A DNA stretch of 15,169 bases from Octopus sinensis. Taxonomy: Eukaryota. The notes under the pieces are model-generated. The model was not told the origin of the DNA. It made no database searches and worked only from the letters and a program-made list of their open reading frames with translations. The position numbers were made by a program, and so were the translations under genes. Shown here one piece after another: positions 8,524 to 15,169 of this stretch. The stretch's first letter is position 1. The number at the start of each line of letters is the position of its first letter. Where the stretch lies: positions 1 to 15,169 of the forward strand of contig NW_021825649.1 in assembly GCF_006345805.1 (NCBI RefSeq), in the 5' to 3' direction.

Positions 8524-8834
8524 TTATATATATATATATACATAATAAGAAAATGGAGAAATACATCTAAATCAAATATCGATTACCAGATAATACCCAA
8601 TCCCATACTCTATTAAACCACCACATAAGAATCTTTAAGGACAAACATAATAAAGTACAACAAAATAGTGTACATAAAGGAGTGTACATAAAGGAGTAAT
8701 GTTATACAGTAAGTACAATATGTATATAAGATAATAAAAAAATAAGTAAATATAAGTATAGATATAGACTACTTAACTAGCGGTAGATTGGATATATGTT
8801 ATCCCATGGAGGGTTGCATTTACAACCCCTATCT

Positions 8835-8836
<2 letters not shown>

Positions 8837-8886
<50 letters not shown>
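8837..8886. repeat. (TA)n microsatellite
   Basis: Direct reading. Confidence 0.95.
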
Positions 8887-8889
<3 letters not shown>

Positions 8890-9016
8890 TAAAAACGGTA
8901 AGATAACAAAAGAAAGAAAGAGACCTTAATATTATGTAAATAGAGGAAATTTATCTTGGCTATTGAATAATTGTCACATTATTTTATATGTATATATATA
9001 TATATATATATACATA

Positions 9017-9110
9017 GCGGCAGGAGTGGTTGTGATAAGAAGCTTTCTTCCCAACCACATGGTTCCGGGTTCAGTCTCACTGCGTGGCACTTTGGCCATG
9101 TGGCTTCTAC
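9017..9110 (+). mobile_element. SINE family A, head-only fragment
   Basis: gcggcaggagtggttgtg...ccaaccacatggttccgggttcagtctcactgcgtggcac aligns with 4526-4620. Confidence 0.85.
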
Positions 9111-9559
9111 TTCTATTTTTAAAAAAATATATAGAAAGCCCACGATTTGATTCGACTCATACATTAGTTGATTTACAAAAGACGTTTATCTACGCATACA
9201 AGTCTCTTCAGGGCCTTAGTTCAAAAGACGGACGAAATTCTATGTAAAGGATGGCCAAATTGCAAAAGTATACTGATTCAAAATACCTACAGTTCGTTGT
9301 GTGAGCGTTAAAATTCAAATTGATAAGGACAATGAAAGAACAAGATTCAAATGTATAAAATAATTAAGTAAAGAAAATTTAGTATATATCTCCACTAATA
9401 TCAATCTAAATGTATTTAAATCGAAAAGAATCACTGGCCATTTTAATAATATATAATAGTATATATAAATAAATAAATAAATAAATAAATAATAAGAGTT
9501 TTACAGACGGAAATAAAATACTTTAATCCAATATTTTTATTCTATAAATATATACATGC

Positions 9560-9946
9560 GTGGAGGCGCAATGGCCCAGTGGTTAGGGCAGCGGACTCGC
9601 GGTCATAGGATCGCGGTTTCGATTCCCAGACCGGACGTTGTGAGTGTTTATTGAGCGAAAACACCTAAAAGCTCCACGAGGCTCCGGCAGGGGATGGTTG
9701 TGATCCCTGCTGTACTCTTTCACCACAACTTTCTCTCACTCTTACTTCCTGTTTCTGTTTGTACGTGTATTTCAAAGGGCCGGCCTTGTCACTCTCTGTG
9801 TCACGCTGAATATCCCCGAGAACTACGTTAAGGGTACACGTGTCTGTGGAGTGCTCAGCCACTTACACGTTAATTTCACGAGCAGGTTGTTCCGTTGATT
9901 CGGATCAACCGGAACCCTCGTCGTCATAACCGACGGAGTGCTTCCA
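9560..9946 (+). mobile_element. SINE family B, full-length
   Basis: A-box tggcccagtgg and B-box-like gtttcgattcc. About 95% identical by hand count (about 17 substitutions, 2 indels) to the reverse complement of 12751-13119. Confidence 0.92.
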
Positions 9947-10468
9947 TTCCCCATATATGCGTATACACGTTCAAATTTGGACGATTACCGAAGACATATA
10001 TAGAAATTTTATATTATATAATATAAGGTATAATAACTACTCACATTTATTGTTACTGATATAAACAATATTCTAAGCAACCAACAAATAAAATGTCCCA
10101 AATTACTCATCAGAGGAAAAGACTTTGTAAAAAAAAAAGAAACATAGTTACGATAATTATAGTCTATATTTTATCTTAGATAATGAGAAAATAAACAATA
10201 CGTAAATTATAAATAAAAGTATATCATATTTTTATCTTTATTTTTACTTAGTTTTTCAGAAGGAACTAAATTTTGAGTAAAGCAATAGTTATATACTAAA
10301 TTACTTAGTTTATCGAATGAAATCAAAGCTTATATATTTATAAATGAATTAGCGATAGAAAAATAGCCGGAAATACGTACTTGCAACGTACAGGTTTTTG
10401 ACCACAATGTGGCATTACATAAAACTATTCATTTATCATTATTATTACTATTATTATTATTATTATTA

Positions 10469-10591
10469 CGACTTTGCCTTTCATCCTTTCGGGTCGATAA
10501 ATAAAGTACCAGTTTCGCACTGGGGTCAATGTAATCGACTTAATCCGTTTGTCTGTCCTTGTTTGTCCCCTCTATAGGTAATAAAGAAATA
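10469..10591 (+). mobile_element. SINE family C, 5'-truncated, embedded in an (ATT)n array
   Basis: gactttgcctttcatcctttcgggtcgataaataaagtaccag...gtaatcgactt core shared with 4204-4445; flanked on both sides by (att)n. Confidence 0.85.
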
Positions 10592-10637
10592 TATTATTAT
10601 TATTTTTTTTTTATTATTATTATTATTTTTATTTCTA

Positions 10638-10699
<62 letters not shown>

Positions 10700-10790
10700 T
10701 TATTATTATTATTATCTGTCACTATCATTCTTCTTATTATTATTAATATTATTAATTAATTAATTAATTAATTAATCAATTTACATATTC
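10592..10790. repeat. (ATT)n microsatellite grading into (AATT)n
   Basis: Direct reading. Confidence 0.9.
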
Positions 10791-11109
10791 ATAAATGTAT
10801 AATCAATTAGCATAATGAAGGTAGCGTACTTAAAAGTGTAATATTTAAATTTCACTACCAATATAATGATTTATTATACAATCAATATGAATATTTTCAT
10901 TAGTACTTAATATAAAATATAAATTAATCCACTAGAAAATTTTCAGATATCGACATTAATATACAAGAAATTTACAAGCTATTCAATATAAAAACAGGAG
11001 ACATATTCTACCTCAAGTAATAAAATCAGTTATAATGTATATATATATATATATATACACACGCAGTCATATGTATATATGCACACACATATATATACAT
11101 ATGTAAACA

Positions 11110-11703
11110 TGTCTGAAGACATTATCGTGTTCAATGGGGTCCCTGTCTATGAAAGTATCCCTGAGGAATTACAACCGTGTTTCGTGGTCTGCTGCCACAG
11201 CAGCTCCTTTATAGGATCCAGTTAGCTCAAGACATCATCAGGAGGAACCACGTCCGGTTTCGGCCCCTACTCCTCTACCGTTTTGACGTGGCAAGCCTCC
11301 CCATTCGGAGGTGTCTTCAGCTCTGGTGTTGGGTGCATGTCTTCTTTCTTCTTCTTTCTTCTGTTCCCTGGCCTCTTCGATGTGTCGTCAGCGAGTGTCA
11401 GCCGGTGACTGACTGTCTTGTCAAATCTTCCCCTTTAAATACCTGCCGCTAGGCTCCAGCAGGCAGCCCCAGCAAGTTGTCACGTGACACAGTCTCACCT
11501 TAACTGACCAGTGAAGGCGCGTAGTCTTATCCCGCGCATTCTCTAAACGAAACGTCACCTGTCAGTCAGCGAAGCTGATTCAGTGTCAGCGTGTCTCACC
11601 TAGTGATGTTATTTCCCGCCGGCATGTTATGACTTTCAAGCCATTTTTTGTCTTCCCGCTTCAGCATATCTAGAAGCTGCCTTTTTCGACCGCCTCCTGT
11701 ACA
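11110..11703 (-). other. Unclassified GC-richer island, possibly a solo-LTR-like or promoter-containing element
   Basis: Abrupt rise in GC between AT-rich flanks. The minus strand begins TGTACA and carries a TATA/Inr pair. No matching TSD or AATAAA found. Confidence 0.3.
11407..11441 (-). promoter_or_regulatory. Candidate Pol II core promoter: TATTTAAA at -31 and initiator TCAGTC
   Basis: TATTTAAA at 11441-11434 and TCAGTC at 11412-11407 with its A at 11410, 31 nt from the first T of the TATA-like box. This is canonical spacing. Confidence 0.4.
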
Positions 11704-12063
11704 CTCCTTATTACTCTAGAATTTTCCATAGTATTCAAACGATGTTACTGAACTAATGTACTATATAAACAAGGGAGATAATCAATAAAAAAGCAATTTT
11801 AACGTTTGCTTTTGTTTACACGATTGAATTAAGATCTCCTTAGTTTTCTGTAGCAGTTAGTAATCCAAGTTTGAACGAACAATGTATATATTTGTTAAAA
11901 GAAATAGATAAACATATGCTTGTGGGCACACACACAAATATTTTCTTTAATTATGTCTATGTGTAAATATAGGGGTGTGTATACATGCATACACACATAC
12001 ATGCATGCATACAAATACACATGTATGTATACATATGTAAATATATGTATGCTTATATATATA

Positions 12064-12352
12064 TTTTTTTTCTTTCTTTGTTTCAGCTCAGAGCTGCGGC
12101 CATGCTGATGCACCGCCGTTTTGTGCTACACTGTTATTACGACGAACCTCGTCTAATATGTGGCACTTGGTGAAGAATGGAGTTTGATACAGCTACTCTC
12201 ATTTGCACCTCTTGCCGTGAGGTAGGTTCATCTGGGACTCTTGACAGGAAGATGTCCAGCTTTGATTTAAAAACCGCTACATCTACTTTGTGCAAGTTTC
12301 TCAGACTCCTTGGGAGAATATTAAAAAGCTGTGGGCCCTTGAAACCCAGGCT
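12064..12352 (-). mobile_element. CR1/L2-group LINE 3' end (ORF2 C-terminus plus short 3' UTR), 5'-truncated
   Basis: 12349-12137 is open for 70 codons: LGFKGPQLFNILPRSLRN...FKSKLDIFLSRVPDEP...RVAVSNSILHQ...stop. This matches the GPxLFNxLP...FKxxLDxFL C-terminal signature of CR1/L2-type ORF2. It is followed by a 3' UTR and an A-rich (gaaa)n tail. Confidence 0.8.
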
Positions 12353-12746
12353 GTATACGTATACTTATATGTGAATGTATGTATGTGTGTACACATACAT
12401 ATATACCCATGTATGTATGTGAAAATAATATAATAAGCTCTAGACATGAAGAAGCTTTAAAATGCTTGCATATGAGAAAATTTACCTTTGCTCAATATAA
12501 ATGAGTTATGAATATTTAACAAGGAAATTTTTGGGAATAATTGACGATAATAAATAAAGGAGGAATTATCCAAATCAATACATGGAACTGAAAATAGTTC
12601 GCATCTAAATAAACGTACAACTCCAAATCATTGAACGCGAAGAATACCAACATAAAACTTTAACCAGTTAAATCTCAACGGATATTAAAGTGAAGATCCT
12701 GAAACAACTGCAGCGGTTTTATAGTAAGTTTGCAATTGCAACGATT

Positions 12747-13119
12747 GGGCTGGAAGCACTCCGTCGGTTACGACGATGAGGGTTCCGGAACAGCTTGCTC
12801 GTGAAATTAACGTGTAAGTGGCTGAGCACTCCACAGACACGTCTACCCTTAACGTAGTTCTCGGAGATACTCAGCGTGGCACAGAGAGTGACAAGGCCGG
12901 CCCCTTGAAATACAGGTACAACAGAAACAGGAAGTAAGAGTGAGAGAAAGTTGTTGTGAAAGAGTACAGCAGGGATTACCACCATCCCCTGCCGGAGCCT
13001 CGTGGAACTTTTAGGTGTTTTCGCTCAATAAACACTCACAACGCCCGGTCTGGGAATCGAAACCGCGATCCTACGACCGCGAGTCCGCTGCCCTAGCCAC
13101 TGGGCCATTGCGCCTCCAC
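12747..13119 (-). mobile_element. SINE family B, full-length with perfect 10-bp TSD
   Basis: tgcaacgatt occurs at 12737-12746 and 13120-13129; the body is the reverse complement of 9560-9946. Confidence 0.95.
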
Positions 13120-13227
13120 TGCAACGATTAGTAACCGAAGCAGCCGAAACGAGTGTAGGTTTATTTGAGCCTGTAGTTATACATAAAATGAATTAAAGTT
13201 AATAATAACACTACTTCGTCACAATCT

Positions 13228-13700
13228 TTATTATTATTATTTTACGTTTGACTTTTGCTTTACATTTGCACAAGCTGGTTCCAAGTCTCACCCAGAAACC
13301 TCAAGAAACAAGAAGTTGGGACGTTCATGTTGGTGTTATGCCTAGGATGCCATATATTTGGTCTTGTACATAAGGTTGTTCTAGAGAATATTTAAGAAAC
13401 CATAAGAAAATTATGATTGTTTTAAAACTTGAGATTACATAGAAAGTATTTTGCGTAGGATATGAGCAGTTCCCATGAGCACTATCTTTTGAATTTCTGT
13501 CATTTTTGGGTTCCTGGTATCTGAGCTAGGTAGCAATCAGCCCCTTTTGCTATCATTCCCTGGGTACCTATGACAACAGGTATTGTTTTAGTCTTCAGGT
13601 TCCACATTTTGGTAATTTCTATTTCAAGATCTTTATACTTGCTTAGTTTTTGGATGGTCTTGACAGATACGTTTATATCGATTGGGACAGTCATATCAAT

Positions 13701-13703
<3 letters not shown>
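13228..13703 (-). mobile_element. 5'-truncated non-LTR retrotransposon with restriction-like endonuclease (R4/Dong/HERO-type)
   Basis: Minus strand reads [12 protein letters not shown]...[31 protein letters not shown]..., then after a 1-nt frameshift near 13510 EIQKIVLMGTAHILRKILSM-stop (13435). These are the D-x-x-x-P...KY-x-DL...PVV-x-G...GTA-x-ILR motifs of REL domains. The 3' UTR ends in (TAA)n. Confidence 0.85.
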
Positions 13704-14052
<349 letters not shown>

Positions 14053-14094
14053 TTGTTGTTGGTATCCTTTTGTCTCAGGAGACAATGGAGCTGC

Positions 14095-14945
14095 GCATAA
14101 AATAATCCGGTCTGATTTTTCACTGAAGTGACCTCTCCAGTTTTGCCCAGGCCTGAGCTAGCTGTAAGAAAATCCCGGGTGGCCTAGTCGTCAGGTTTTT
14201 GGCTGGTTTTTAGACAAAAATTAAACACCCTGCGTCTATTTTCAACAATGTTGAACCTACATCCATGCAGTGAACCAGCACTTCCGGATCCTGAAGTTAC
14301 TCAAATTTTCACTTGATCAAGTTGACAGAATATGTTAAGGCATTGTTATGCTACTGAGTACGCATCTTCGATTGAACAAGTCCGGGTTCTGGGCTTGCAA
14401 AACATATACGTGCTACAGTTTTTGAGGCTAGCGTTCACAACATGAACATCTGGGCCAAGCTCCGAGTGCAACACCCCTTCGAAATTCCACCAAACACACA
14501 GCATCCTGTTCAAACCGTCCTCGTTTGTCAACATTCTCTAAACTCTGGCTGAAACAAGGCAACTGCTTTCTATTATTAGATTTACGAAACTAGATAATTT
14601 TTTCATCTCCAGTTACAATATAACGCCATAAACGGACATCTCAGGATTTTCCAGCAGTTGTTTGCAAAGGTTCACTTGTCGTTCAATTTATCTTTTCACA
14701 AGGCAAAGCTTTATGGAGGTGTCAACCCATGATGTTTCGTAAAGGACCAAGTTCTGCTAACAATCTACGAGTGACTGTGTTTGGCTGTTTGTCAACCATT
14801 TGAAGCAAGGCTTCATTTTCCACATTACAAGGTCTCCCCCTCTCTCTCTCACCCTTTCTCTCACCTTGATTTCTCTTCGGGTCTGTAACCACATTCCTTG
14901 AATCATGTGCACCAGTTTGTGTCATAGGTTCGTTGACAATTCTTG
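14095..14945 (-). mobile_element. Decayed mariner (Tc1/mariner) transposase pseudogene
   Basis: Frameshifted motifs occur in mariner order: GRPCNVENEALLQMVDKQP..TRRLLAELG (HTH), RQVNLCKQLL, IVTGDEK (14619-14599), MLCVWWNFEGVLHSEL, HNNA (HDNA-like, 14350-14339), EVLVH and GCRF...QKP. There are multiple stops and frameshifts, and TIRs were not identified. Confidence 0.88.
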
Positions 14946-14965
14946 GGGCTTATTTTCTTTTGTCT

Positions 14966-15169
14966 CATCGTTCCGCTCTCAATTGCACGGTGAGGCAACT
15001 TGGACAAGCGCCTTCTACTACATCCTCGGGGTTATAGAAGAGGACACTTGTGGGTGGATTTGGGAGACGGAAATTGAAAGAAGCCCATCGTCTATATTTA
15101 CGCGCGCGTGTGTGTGTGTGTGTGTTGCGTATGCGTGCGTGTGCGTCCGTGTACGTGCGCGCACGTGCA
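14966..15169 (+). mobile_element. SINE family A, diverged copy running off the window end
   Basis: catcgttccg...ttggacaagcgccttctact...ttgtgggtggatttgggagacggaaattgaaagaagcccatcgt plus (TG)n aligns with 4568-4720. Confidence 0.8.

Noticed and set aside
8667-8694. Perfect 14-bp tandem duplication agtgtacataaagg x2
   Set aside because: Only two units; an ordinary slippage duplication, not an array or CRISPR.
9181-9212. Minus-strand ctgaagagacttgtatgcgtagataaacgtc resembling a hammerhead core
   Set aside because: CUGAAGA is intact, but GAAA is interrupted, stem II pairs poorly, and no supporting Penelope coding remnant lies next to it.
11177-11452. 91-aa ORF in the GC-richer island
   Set aside because: GTG start, no recognisable motif, and it lies antisense to the TATA/Inr pair.
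12568-12595. IQINTWN peptide resembling the start of an APE endonuclease
   Set aside because: Immediately followed by two stops, with no further APE motifs.

Overview
Repeat-saturated, AT-rich eukaryotic non-coding DNA, intronic or intergenic. It is most consistent with an octopus (cephalopod) genome, judged from recalled SINE families and the microsatellite load; this is not database-verified. No host protein-coding exon could be supported: most listed ORFs are artefacts of triplet or dinucleotide repeats or lie inside transposons. The window contains three tRNA-headed SINE families (called A, B and C here, several copies each) and two inverted ~395-bp non-autonomous Helitrons. It also has a 5'-truncated CR1/L2-group LINE end, a 5'-truncated restriction-like-endonuclease (R4/Dong/HERO-type) LINE end, a decayed mariner transposase, a possible Penelope-like remnant and many microsatellites. 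Three observations stand out. (1) The CR1/L2 LINE 3' end and SINE family A share a 3' tail whose terminal stem shows compensatory base-pair changes, suggesting a LINE-SINE partnership. (2) A 103-bp near-perfect duplication is followed by the same 41-bp cassette in opposite orientations, bounded in one copy by 8-bp inverted repeats. (3) The two Helitrons have swapped a ~97-bp internal module between identical 11-bp anchors. No clearly new multi-gene system is evident.
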